32,000 nt of DNA from Sporohalobacter salinus (GTDB taxonomy: Bacteria > Bacillota > Halanaerobiia > Halobacteroidales > Acetohalobiaceae): NCBI RefSeq assembly GCF_016908635.1, contig NZ_JAFBEG010000002.1, positions 83,725 to 115,724 on the forward strand. The letters are read 5' to 3'. Positions 1 to 8,220 of this stretch are shown here, one piece after another. The notes beneath the pieces were generated by a model that made no database searches, was not told the DNA's origin, and saw only the letters and a list, made by a program, of their open reading frames with translations. Positions within the stretch are counted from its first letter, which is position 1, and each line of letters begins with the position of its first letter. The translations under genes and the position numbers were made by a program.

Positions 1-5
1 ATAAG

Positions 6-413
6 ATGGCTAATACCGTTCAGGTTGATATTTTAACTGCAGAGCGGACTGTCTATAGTGAAGAAGTAGAGATGGTAATTGTTCCTGCTATAGATGGTGA
101 TTTAGGCGTTCTGCCTAATCATGCGCCGTTGGTTACAGGTTTAGATATAGGTAAAATTAGAATAAAAAAAGATGGAGAAGAGATTAAATTGGCTACTAGC
201 GGCGGTTTTATGGAAGTAAAGCCTGATCAAGTTAATATTTTAGCTGATACAGCAGAATTTCCCGATGAAATTGATATAAAGCGAGCTAAAGATGCTAAAA
301 ATCGGGCTGAAAACCGTCTGCAGAAAAATAAAGATAGAATAAATGATACTAGAGCTGAAGTTGCTTTGCAGCGGGCTATTAATAGAATTGATGTAGCTAA
401 CAAAGGGGAGTAA
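6..413 (+). CDS. atpC: F0F1 ATP synthase epsilon subunit
   Basis: 135-aa ORF with typical epsilon N-terminus (VDILTAERTVYSEEVEMVIVPAIDGDLGVLPNHAPLVTGL) and helical C-terminus; position upstream of murA matches Bacillus-like synteny. Confidence 0.96.
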   Translation: MANTVQVDILTAERTVYSEEVEMVIVPAIDGDLGVLPNHAPLVTGLDIGKIRIKKDGEEIKLATSGGFMEVKPDQVNILADTAEFPDEIDIKRAKDAKNRAENRLQKNKDRINDTRAEVALQRAINRIDVANKGE

Positions 414-441
414 GGGAGAAATCTCTTATTCTCCTTTTTTT
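412..441 (+). terminator. Intrinsic terminator after atpC
   Basis: Inverted repeat GGAGAA (415-420) / TTCTCC (429-434), extendable by flanking A-T/G-T pairs, followed by a 7-nt T run. Confidence 0.75.
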
Positions 442-493
442 GTATTTTATAGTTCTAATTCAGATATGATATATTTAGGGAGGTATTTGATAA

Positions 494-1084
494 ATGGGAC
501 CAAAGGATGAAGAGATAGAAGAAGAAGCAATTTTAAATCAGGACAAGAGCGAGTTAGAACAGACAATTTCTGCCGGGATTCATGGTGGTTTTGAGTTAAA
601 GAAAGGTGAAAAAAGAAGGTTTTTAGGTGAATTTAAAGAACGGGTAATTAAAACTTTAACTTTTAGCCAAATTGAAGAACCGGGAGTTTATCCAGAAATA
701 TTGGAAGCCATTAGAGATTCAAAAGCTAAAAAATTAATTATAAATCGGCAGGTTAATATGAAAGCAGCTAAAGAATATATTGATTTAGCACGTAAAAATA
801 AACTTTCATTTAAAAAAGTAGAATCGGATGAATTTAAAGGAAATATTGGATTGGTAGTAGTTAGTGACAAAGCAGTAAATAGGGAAAAGATAAAGGTTCC
901 TAATAAGAAAGAAAAATTTAAAGAATTAAATTTACCAGTGGAGTTAGTAGATAAAGCCGGTGAAAAGATTTGTGCTGAATGTTATGCTAAGATAGCTGAT
1001 GAAGCCCCAGAAGAATTAATAAATTTTGAAAAGATGAACTGGTTTGATAAATTATTTAATTCTTCTTGTTTTTGTCAGAAATAA
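494..1084 (+). CDS. YueI/DUF1694-like protein with Cys-containing C-terminal extension
   Basis: 196-aa ORF; central region resembles YueI (FLGEFKERVIKTLTFSQIEEPGVYPEILEAIRDSKAKKLIINRQ...IDLARKNKLSFKKV...GNIGLVVVSDKAV); upstream AGGGAGG ribosome-binding site. Confidence 0.6.
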   Translation: MGPKDEEIEEEAILNQDKSELEQTISAGIHGGFELKKGEKRRFLGEFKERVIKTLTFSQIEEPGVYPEILEAIRDSKAKKLIINRQVNMKAAKEYIDLARKNKLSFKKVESDEFKGNIGLVVVSDKAVNREKIKVPNKKEKFKELNLPVELVDKAGEKICAECYAKIADEAPEELINFEKMNWFDKLFNSSCFCQK

Positions 1085-1214
1085 TTAAGTGATAAATTTA
1101 ACTTTTAAGCAGGATATTAGAATTAGAGCTCGAACTAAAAATAGTAGGAAAAGGAAAATTAAGCTAATATTTAAATATATTTTAATAGTAATTATATAGG
1201 AGGTAAGCTATCTA

Positions 1215-2465
1215 GTGCGTAAATTAGTAGTCAAAACAACTGATTATTTAGAGGGGAACATAAGTGTCAGTGGAGCTAAGAATGCAGCTTTACCTATTAT
1301 AACTGCTGCTTTATTAGGAGAAGGAAGTAGTAAATTAAGTGGAATACCGGATTTAAAGGATGTTAATAATTTAGTTAGTATTCTGTCAAATTTAGGTGCT
1401 GAAATTAATTTTACTGATAGTGAATTAGAGCTTAATACAGATGAGATTAATAAATATAGTACAGAGAGTGATTTAGCTAGAAAGATGAGGGCTTCTTATT
1501 ATACTTTAGGGGCTCTATTAGGTCGTTATGGTCAGGCCTGTACTGTTTTACCAGGAGGGTGTGAGATTGGAAATCGTCCTATTGATTTACATTTGAAAGG
1601 GTTTTCTGCTTTAGGAGCAGAAGTTAAGTTAGATCATGGAGTGGTAAAATTAGAAGCTGATAGATTAAAAGGAGCTAATATTTATCTTGACTATCCTAGT
1701 GTAGGAGCCACGATAAATATTATGTTGGCAGCTGTTATGGCTGATGGTGAAACTGTAATAGAGAATGCAGCTAGAGAACCGGAGATAATAGATTTAGCAA
1801 ATTATTTAAATATTATGGGAGCTGAAATCACTGGAGCAGGGACTGACATAATTAAGATTACAGGAGTAAATAAGCTAATAGGTAAAGATTATACTATTAT
1901 TCCTGATCGTATTGAAGCAGGGACCTATATGATGGCAGTGGCAGCAGTAGGTGGAGATGTTGTGATTGAAAATGTATTGGTAGAACATGTACGCCCCTTA
2001 ATAGCTAAGTTAAAAGAGATGGGAGTAGAAATAATTGAGGATATTAATCAGGTAAGAGTAAAATCAAACCAAGGCTTAAAAGGAACAGATATTAAAACTA
2101 TGCCTTATCCAGGTTTTCCAACTGATATGCAGGCTCAGTTTATGACTTTATTGACACAAGCAAGTAGCGAAAACTTAGTCATAGAGACAGTTTTTGAAAG
2201 AAGGTTTGGACATGTTGATGAATTAAGAAGAATGGGGGCTAAGATTAAAGTAGATGGAAGAAGTGCAGTAGTTGCCCAAGCAAATTTGGAAGGAGCTCAA
2301 GTTGAAGCTACAGATCTGCGAGCTGGAGCAGCACTCATTATTGCTGGTTTAGCAGCTAAAGGACAAACAGAAATTCAGAATATATATCATATTGAACGCG
2401 GTTATGAAGATATTACTGATAAGTTGAAGGGAATTGGAGCCAATATTGAATTAGTTGTAGAGTAA
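1215..2465 (+). CDS. murA: UDP-N-acetylglucosamine 1-carboxyvinyltransferase
   Basis: 416 aa, GTG start with TAGGAGG upstream; conserved GNISVSGAKNAALPI N-terminus and PGGCEIGNRPIDLHLKGFSALGA motif containing the catalytic Cys. Confidence 0.97.
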   Translation: MRKLVVKTTDYLEGNISVSGAKNAALPIITAALLGEGSSKLSGIPDLKDVNNLVSILSNLGAEINFTDSELELNTDEINKYSTESDLARKMRASYYTLGALLGRYGQACTVLPGGCEIGNRPIDLHLKGFSALGAEVKLDHGVVKLEADRLKGANIYLDYPSVGATINIMLAAVMADGETVIENAAREPEIIDLANYLNIMGAEITGAGTDIIKITGVNKLIGKDYTIIPDRIEAGTYMMAVAAVGGDVVIENVLVEHVRPLIAKLKEMGVEIIEDINQVRVKSNQGLKGTDIKTMPYPGFPTDMQAQFMTLLTQASSENLVIETVFERRFGHVDELRRMGAKIKVDGRSAVVAQANLEGAQVEATDLRAGAALIIAGLAAKGQTEIQNIYHIERGYEDITDKLKGIGANIELVVE

Positions 2466-2498
2466 TATAATAAATTATAATTAAAATAACCAGTATAT

Positions 2499-2551
2499 AA
2501 TTCCCTCCTTTAACATAGGGGTTTAATAAGCCCAAATTTAGGGAGGGAATT
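2499..2551 (+). promoter_or_regulatory. RNA hairpin that would sequester the spoIID ribosome-binding site
   Basis: Perfect 10-bp inverted repeat AATTCCCTCC (2499-2508) / GGAGGGAATT (2542-2551) covering the GGGAGG Shine-Dalgarno. Inner hairpin GGGTTTAATAAGCCC lies in the loop. Not followed by a T-tract. Confidence 0.55.
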
Positions 2552-2554
2552 GGA

Positions 2555-3472
2555 ATAAAGAGACTAGTTTCAATCATTATAATCTTAAGTTTATTTACAA
2601 TACTGTTGGTACCAACAGTATTAATTGTAGGTGGAGATCTAATATTTAATTTTGGAACTAAAAAAATTACAGTTAAGGTAACAACCGAAGATAACCGAAT
2701 AATAGAATTGGAATTAGAAGAATATATTAAGGGAGTAATAGCAGCAGAAATGCCGGCAAGTTTTAGACTAGAAGCACTTAAGGCTCAAGCTGTAGCGGCA
2801 AGAAGTTATATTTTAACCCGTTTACAGGGAACAGACAAAAGAGAAGTATCTATTACAACAGATATTAATGTTGATCAAGCTTGGATTAGTAAACAGAAAT
2901 TGCTTGAAAAGCGAGGGAATTTAAAGAATTGGTTTAAAATATCTGAAGCTGTTAATTCTACAAGAGGGATATTTTTAACCTATAATGGTAAAATAGCAAC
3001 AACAGTTTATCATTCTGCTAGCGGGAATATAACAGCATCAGCTAAAAATGTATGGGGGAGAAAGGTACCTTATCTACAGCCAGTAAGTAGTAATTATGAA
3101 GCGGATTCTCCCTATAATCATTTTGTACAGAAATATTCGTTTGAAGATTTTGCTCGTAGGTTGGAGATAAGAGTATCTTCAGTAACTGATATAGAGATTT
3201 TAACTAGAAGTCCTAGTCAGCGGGTGTTAAAACTTCAGATTGGATCTCGAATTTTCACTGGAAAAGAGTTAAGAAGAGAATTAGGTTTAAAATCAACTAA
3301 TTTCAAGTATCAGATAAAGGATAATTATATTAAATTCATTACTACTGGTAATGGTCATGGAGTAGGAATGAGTCAATATGGAGCTAATGGAATGGCTGAG
3401 CAAGGATATAATTATCTAGAAATTTTAAAGCATTATTATCCAGGTATAAAAGTTAGGAAATTAAATTATTAA
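2555..3472 (+). CDS. spoIID: Stage II sporulation protein D (SpoIID), peptidoglycan lytic transglycosylase
   Basis: ELEEYIKGVIAAEMPASFRLEALKAQAVAARSYIL and GNGHGVGMSQYGANGMAEQGYNYLEILKHYYPGIKV are hallmark SpoIID motifs. The ORF track starts at TTG 2606, inside the membrane anchor. The frame extends upstream, where ATA at 2555 would give MKRLVSIIIILSLFTILLVPTV with ideally spaced GGGAGG. Confidence 0.93.
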   Translation: MKRLVSIIIILSLFTILLVPTVLIVGGDLIFNFGTKKITVKVTTEDNRIIELELEEYIKGVIAAEMPASFRLEALKAQAVAARSYILTRLQGTDKREVSITTDINVDQAWISKQKLLEKRGNLKNWFKISEAVNSTRGIFLTYNGKIATTVYHSASGNITASAKNVWGRKVPYLQPVSSNYEADSPYNHFVQKYSFEDFARRLEIRVSSVTDIEILTRSPSQRVLKLQIGSRIFTGKELRRELGLKSTNFKYQIKDNYIKFITTGNGHGVGMSQYGANGMAEQGYNYLEILKHYYPGIKVRKLNY

Positions 3473-3499
3473 TAAAAAATAGAATCTAAGTAAATAAGT

Positions 3500-3527
3500 G
3501 TATATTTATCTTGCCTCTGGAGATAAT
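3500..3527 (+). promoter_or_regulatory. Candidate forespore sigma-F/G-type promoter upstream of spoIIQ-like gene
   Basis: GTATA (3500-3504), 14-nt spacer, GGAGATAAT (3519-3527), matching the sigma-F -10 consensus GGNRANAMT. Confidence 0.42.
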
Positions 3528-3547
3528 AATTGATGGAGGTGAGATAA

Positions 3548-4438
3548 ATGTCTGATAGAGATGACAAAAAAAATGAGAGAAATAAGGAACAGAATGGATC
3601 GAAGGAAAAGAAGAAATTTCCTTTTTCAATTAAGAAAGACAGAGATAACATCAAATTAAAATTAAAAAAGAATATTGAGGAGTTAGCTAATAAATTTTCT
3701 TGGAAACGATTCGTAACTAGATTTGTAACTAATAAGAAATTTTTAGTTGGATTAGCAGTAATAATTTTAGCCGGAATTATTTTTATACCTCAATTAAGTG
3801 ATTCAACTTCTCAATCTAATCCATCTAATTCTGAGTCTAGTCGAGCTCAAGATAAGGTTATAACTTACGAACATATTCCATCTCAACAAGAAAAAGTTAA
3901 GCAAAACAACCAACAGCAGCAAACGGCGACAAAGAAGAAGGAGAAAGTAACTTCAAAGGAAGAAGTCAAAACTGATGTAGGAGATGACAAGGAAAGTAGT
4001 GTAGATGAGAATAAAAGTAAGCCTGTAATTCAACAAGCGAATATACAACCCAAATTCAATCTACCGGTAAAGGGGTCTGAGATTAGTCGTCCTTATGGTT
4101 GGAGCAAACATCCAATGTTAGAGGATTGGCGTTACCATCAAGGTATTGACTTGCAGGTAGCAAAGGGAACTTCAATCAAGGCTGCTGCTAGTGGTAAAAT
4201 AACTAAAATAAAAGAAGATGACTATTTAGGCTTGATTTTAATTATTAAACATAACAGTGATTATCAGACTATTTACGGCCATGCACAAGAATTTTATTTA
4301 AAAGAAGGTCAGCAGGTAAAAGCAGGGCAGGCCATAGGAAAAGTAGGATCTTCTGGTTTAGTTATAGAACCTACTTTTCATTTTGGTGTTTTAAAGGGGA
4401 ATGAAACAGTAGATCCAACTGAATATATTAATTTATAG
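3548..4438 (+). CDS. spoIIQ: SpoIIQ-like membrane-anchored M23 (LytM) family protein, probably catalytically impaired
   Basis: Single N-terminal TM (FLVGLAVIILAGIIFIPQL), linker, M23 domain (HQGIDLQVAKGTSIKAAASGKI...YGHAQEF...GQAIGKVGSSG). Sits between spoIID and spoIIID as in Bacillus. Confidence 0.75.
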   Translation: MSDRDDKKNERNKEQNGSKEKKKFPFSIKKDRDNIKLKLKKNIEELANKFSWKRFVTRFVTNKKFLVGLAVIILAGIIFIPQLSDSTSQSNPSNSESSRAQDKVITYEHIPSQQEKVKQNNQQQQTATKKKEKVTSKEEVKTDVGDDKESSVDENKSKPVIQQANIQPKFNLPVKGSEISRPYGWSKHPMLEDWRYHQGIDLQVAKGTSIKAAASGKITKIKEDDYLGLILIIKHNSDYQTIYGHAQEFYLKEGQQVKAGQAIGKVGSSGLVIEPTFHFGVLKGNETVDPTEYINL

Positions 4439-4449
4439 TTAAGTGATTT

Positions 4450-4481
4450 AGTAGAGAGATTCTCATCTCTCTACTTTTTTT
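4450..4481 (+). terminator. Intrinsic terminator after spoIIQ-like gene
   Basis: Perfect 10-bp stem GTAGAGAGAT / ATCTCTCTAC with TCTC tetraloop followed by seven T. Confidence 0.92.
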
Positions 4482-4525
4482 ATTTAAAAAGTACGGTAAA
4501 ATCTTGTTCCTCCTCGATTTAAAAC

Positions 4526-4551
4526 ATATTTTTTAAAAAATCACATATATA
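4526..4551 (+). promoter_or_regulatory. Candidate sigma-E-type promoter of spoIIID
   Basis: ATATT (4526-4530), 13-nt spacer, CATATATA (4544-4551), compared with the sigma-E consensus ATATT-N13/14-CATACANT; located 34 bp before the spoIIID ATG. Confidence 0.35.
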
Positions 4552-4584
4552 TTTATCAAGAATAGGGTAGGAGGGACAAAATTA

Positions 4585-4845
4585 ATGAAGGATTATATTT
4601 ATCAACGAGTATTAGAAGTAAGTAACTATATATATGAAACTAGAGCGACCGTTCGACAGGCAGCAAAAATATTTGGAGTGAGTAAGAGTACAATTCATAA
4701 AGATGTAACAGAAAGACTACACAAAATTGATAAGAGGCTAGCTAAAAAGGTAAAAAAGGTTTTAGAGTATAATAAAGCAGAAAGGCATATTCGAGGTGGG
4801 CAAGCTACTAGAGAAAAGTATTTATCTGAAGAGGAAAATAAATGA
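4585..4845 (+). CDS. spoIIID: Sporulation transcriptional regulator SpoIIID
   Basis: 86-aa HTH protein, YIYETRATVRQAAKIFGVSKSTIHKDVTERL...GGQATREKYL, typical SpoIIID. Confidence 0.95.
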   Translation: MKDYIYQRVLEVSNYIYETRATVRQAAKIFGVSKSTIHKDVTERLHKIDKRLAKKVKKVLEYNKAERHIRGGQATREKYLSEEENK

Positions 4846-4945
4846 TCCTTCTTTTTTTGGTTATAAAACAGGAGAATTTTATTATGTCTAGAATAAAAAA
4901 GGATAAGGGAAATAAGAGGAAATGATATAAAAGTGAGGTGAAATT

Positions 4946-5683
4946 ATGTTGAGAGGACTTTATACTGCTGCTTCTGGAATGAATGCAGCATTGGAGAGAA
5001 CTAATATAATTACTAATAATTTATCTAACTCAAACACTCCAGGTTATAAAAAAGACCAGACTGTGAATAAATCTTTTTCGGAAATGTTATTAAACAGAAT
5101 GCCGGATCAAGAAGCAATTGGTAAAGCTGGTTTAGGAGCCAAAGTAGATCAGACAGTGACCGACTTTAGTGCTGGTAGTGTACATAGGACTGATAATTCA
5201 TTGGATTGGGCGATTGAAGGCGAAGGATTCTTTGCAGTTCAGACACCAAAAGGTGTCCGTTATACTAGGAGTGGAAATTTCACTCTAAGTCAGGATGGAC
5301 AAGTAGTTACTCAAAATGGTAACCCAGTTTTGGGGCAGGGAGGTTCTTTGCAGGTAGTTGGTGAGCAGGTTAATGTTGATAATCAGAATAATTTAGTTGT
5401 TGATGGTCAGGTAGTAGACCAAGTTAGAGTAGTGACCTTTTCTGATAATAATGGGTTAGTTAAGGAAGGCGACGATTTATATCGAGCTACTCCGGATGTA
5501 GGGAACCAATTTATGGCTACAGGTACTATTAATCAAGGTTATCTTGAGTCATCTAATGTGAATGTAGTCGAATCAATGACAAATATGATTGAAGCAACTC
5601 GTCATTATGAAACAAATCAGAGAGTAATAAAGACTTATGATAAGAGTTTAGATAAGGTAGTTAATTCTGTAGGTAGATTATAA
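4946..5683 (+). CDS. flgF: Flagellar basal-body rod protein FlgF/FlhO family
   Basis: MLRGLYTAASGMNAALERTNIITNNLSNSNTPGYKK...EGEGFFAVQTPKGVRYTRSGNFT...MIEATRHYETNQRVIKTYD. Confidence 0.88.
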   Translation: MLRGLYTAASGMNAALERTNIITNNLSNSNTPGYKKDQTVNKSFSEMLLNRMPDQEAIGKAGLGAKVDQTVTDFSAGSVHRTDNSLDWAIEGEGFFAVQTPKGVRYTRSGNFTLSQDGQVVTQNGNPVLGQGGSLQVVGEQVNVDNQNNLVVDGQVVDQVRVVTFSDNNGLVKEGDDLYRATPDVGNQFMATGTINQGYLESSNVNVVESMTNMIEATRHYETNQRVIKTYDKSLDKVVNSVGRL

Positions 5684-5784
5684 TTAGGGGCTGGACTTAA
5701 AAAAGTGGCCTGGAATTGCGGACTGATAGAAGCAATTCTGTAATTTATCTAGTTGAAGTTAGATTTATAGGAGGTTAAAAAGTA

Positions 5785-6573
5785 ATGATTAGATCTTTAT
5801 GGACAGCAGCAACAGGAATGAAGGCACAACAGTTGAATATAGACACTATATCTAATAATTTAGCCAATGTAAATACAAGTGGATTTAAAAAGAGTAGAGT
5901 GAATTTTCAAGATTTAATGTATCAGTCATTGAGAGAAGCAGGAACACCTAATAATCAGGGGTCTCAAGTTCCGGCAGGAATAGAAGTGGGGCATGGTGTT
6001 CGCCCGGCTGCTACTCAGAAATTGTTTGCACAGGGTAGTTTTCAACAGACTGAAAATCCGTTGGATATGGCTATTGAAGGCGACGGCTTCTTTCAAGTAG
6101 TAAGACCAAATGGACAGGTAGCTTATACGCGTGATGGTTCATTTAAACGCGACAGCGATGGACGGATAGTTACTTCAGATGGTTATCCTCTTGAATCTGA
6201 TATTACAATTCCTGAAGATGCAACTGAGGTAAGTATTACTGCTGAAGGACGAGTAATGGTTAAGCAACCAGGTAATGAAGAGGTAACTGAAGTAGGTCAA
6301 ATTGAGTTAGCTCGATTTTCTAATCCTGCTGGATTAAAAAGTATTGGCCGAAATTTGTTTGCAGAGACGCCAGCTTCAGGAAATCCTACTGTTGATATAC
6401 CTACAGAAGATGGCTTTGGTACTATATCCCAGGGATATTTAGAGAAGGGGAATGTGAAAGTGGTTGAAGAGATGACAAATATGATTGCTGCGCAGCGAGC
6501 CTATGAAGTGAATTCTAAGGCTATTAGAGCTTCTGATGAGATGCTGCAGCAAGCTAATAATCTAAAGCGATAA
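5785..6573 (+). CDS. flgG: Flagellar distal rod protein FlgG
   Basis: [47 protein letters not shown]...EGDGFFQV...[33 protein letters not shown]. Confidence 0.97.
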   Translation: MIRSLWTAATGMKAQQLNIDTISNNLANVNTSGFKKSRVNFQDLMYQSLREAGTPNNQGSQVPAGIEVGHGVRPAATQKLFAQGSFQQTENPLDMAIEGDGFFQVVRPNGQVAYTRDGSFKRDSDGRIVTSDGYPLESDITIPEDATEVSITAEGRVMVKQPGNEEVTEVGQIELARFSNPAGLKSIGRNLFAETPASGNPTVDIPTEDGFGTISQGYLEKGNVKVVEEMTNMIAAQRAYEVNSKAIRASDEMLQQANNLKR

Positions 6574-6588
6574 GTGAGTTGATATCAA

Positions 6589-7578
6589 ATGGTTAACTGG
6601 AGACAGTTGCCGCTATTTAAATTAACCTTTCTATTATTAATTTTGTTATTACTAATTAGTTCAACAGGTTTTGCTCAGGATAAGATTAAGCTTGAAATTA
6701 ATCATAAAGTTAAGGCTGAGAAACAGAGCTTGCATTTAGGAGATATTGCAAAAATTGAAGCACCGTTAAAATTAAAGGAGCAACTAAGTACTATCAATTT
6801 AGGTCAGGCTCCTTTACCTGGCTATACCCGTGTGTTAAAGCGGGATTATATTCTTTCAGCACTGCAAAGAGAGGGATTTAATTCTAACAAAATTAGTTAT
6901 AAAATTCCTAAACAGATTAGAGTAACTACTCCTTATCAAGTGCTAGATAGGGAACAATTGGAAAAGAAAGTGCAGCAATATATTAAACAAAATTTGGCTG
7001 TCGGATCAGAAGATATTGAGATTGAGATTCAAAAAACAGATAAAGAAGTACGGCTTCCAGTTGGTAAAGTTAAATTACAGATTGGTAATGTTAATACAAA
7101 AAAATTATTAGGTCGAATAGCAATACCAGTTAATATCTATGTTGATGGAAAACTGGCTAAAAAGAAGTATGTTCAAGCTCAGATAACTGCTTATCAGAAA
7201 GTTTTGGTGGCTAAAGAATCAATTGAACGCCGTCAGAGTTTAGCAAAGGATTTATTCAAGTGGGAGAAAAGAGAATTAGCTAAACTTTATGGTAATCAAC
7301 CTTTTACAAATTTAGATTCTCTTTCGAATTATAGATTAGAACGAAGAATTAATTCTGGACAGATTTTAACTAAAAATTTAATCGAGATTCCCCCTTTAGT
7401 TAAACGAAGAGATAAGATAAAGATTGTGGCTGAAGTAGGTCAAGTTAGAGTTAGTACAGTTGGAGTTGCTTTGGAATCAGGAGCTGAGGGGGATATTATT
7501 AAAGTTAGGAATATAAAAAGTGATCAGGAGATAATGGCTAAAGTAATAGAGAAAAAGGTTGTAAAAGCAATTCTTTAA
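6589..7578 (+). CDS. flgA: Flagella basal body P-ring formation protein FlgA
   Basis: 329 aa with signal-like N-terminus; C-terminal SAF-like region (LAKESIERRQSLAKDLF... NLIEIPPLVKRRDKIKIVAEVGQVRVSTVGVALESGAEGDIIKVRNIKSDQEIMAKVIEKK). Confidence 0.9.
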   Translation: MVNWRQLPLFKLTFLLLILLLLISSTGFAQDKIKLEINHKVKAEKQSLHLGDIAKIEAPLKLKEQLSTINLGQAPLPGYTRVLKRDYILSALQREGFNSNKISYKIPKQIRVTTPYQVLDREQLEKKVQQYIKQNLAVGSEDIEIEIQKTDKEVRLPVGKVKLQIGNVNTKKLLGRIAIPVNIYVDGKLAKKKYVQAQITAYQKVLVAKESIERRQSLAKDLFKWEKRELAKLYGNQPFTNLDSLSNYRLERRINSGQILTKNLIEIPPLVKRRDKIKIVAEVGQVRVSTVGVALESGAEGDIIKVRNIKSDQEIMAKVIEKKVVKAIL

Positions 7579-7598
7579 GAAAATTGAGGTGTTAATTT

Positions 7599-8186
7599 AT
7601 GAAACATTCTACAATGAAGTTTTTTTTAATAGTAGGGTTAATTGCTATTTTGTTTTTAGCTACTAATCCATTATTAGCTGCTTCACTATATGAGGATAAT
7701 AATTCTCCTTATGGCGAACATAAAGCTAAAGAAACTGGGGATTTATTGACAGTTATTATTAGTGAAAGTTCAACGGCTAATCAACAGGCCAGCACTGAAA
7801 CGGAACAGAGTAATGAAGTAAATGTAGGACCAGGGGCTGGAGAATTAGATTTTGTTAAATTATTTCAACTTAGTCAAGATGATAGTTCTTCCGCTGATGG
7901 GAGTACCAGCCAGAGTGGAAGTTTAACTGCTCAAATGACAGTTCAAGTTACAGAAACATTGTCTAATGGTAATTTAAAGATTGAAGGTACAAAGGAAATT
8001 ACTATTAATGCTGAAACACAGAAGATTAAAGTATCAGGAATAGTTAGACCTGAAGATATTACTATTAGTAATACAATTAACTCTACAAAGATAGCTAATA
8101 GTAAGATTAAATATGTAGGAGAAGGTGCAATTGGTGATCGACAGCGGCCTGGTATATTAACTAAAATATTAAATATCTTTTTCTAG
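7599..8186 (+). CDS. flgH: Flagellar L-ring protein FlgH (non-lipoprotein signal peptide)
   Basis: SLYEDNNSPYGEHKAKETGDLLTVIISESSTANQQASTETEQ...VSGIVRPEDITISNTINSTKIANSKIKYVGEGAIGDRQRPG. Confidence 0.92.
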   Translation: MKHSTMKFFLIVGLIAILFLATNPLLAASLYEDNNSPYGEHKAKETGDLLTVIISESSTANQQASTETEQSNEVNVGPGAGELDFVKLFQLSQDDSSSADGSTSQSGSLTAQMTVQVTETLSNGNLKIEGTKEITINAETQKIKVSGIVRPEDITISNTINSTKIANSKIKYVGEGAIGDRQRPGILTKILNIFF

Positions 8187-8220
8187 TTTGGATTATTTAT
8201 TTTGGTGAGGTGGATATAGT

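Noticed and set aside
688-870. Minus-strand 60-aa ORF, and similar antisense ORFs at 14877-15098, 17645-17827, 20067-20312, 20660-20851, 25226-25441, 26716-26946, 30047-30250 and 31507-31698
   Set aside because: All lie opposite strongly supported plus-strand genes, have low-complexity or unrecognisable translations, and show no convincing ribosome-binding context.
3469-3654. 61-aa ORF flanking the spoIIQ-like start (MMLSLSFLIEKGNFFFS...)
   Set aside because: Overlaps the promoter region and 5' end of a well-supported gene and looks like a compositional shadow ORF.
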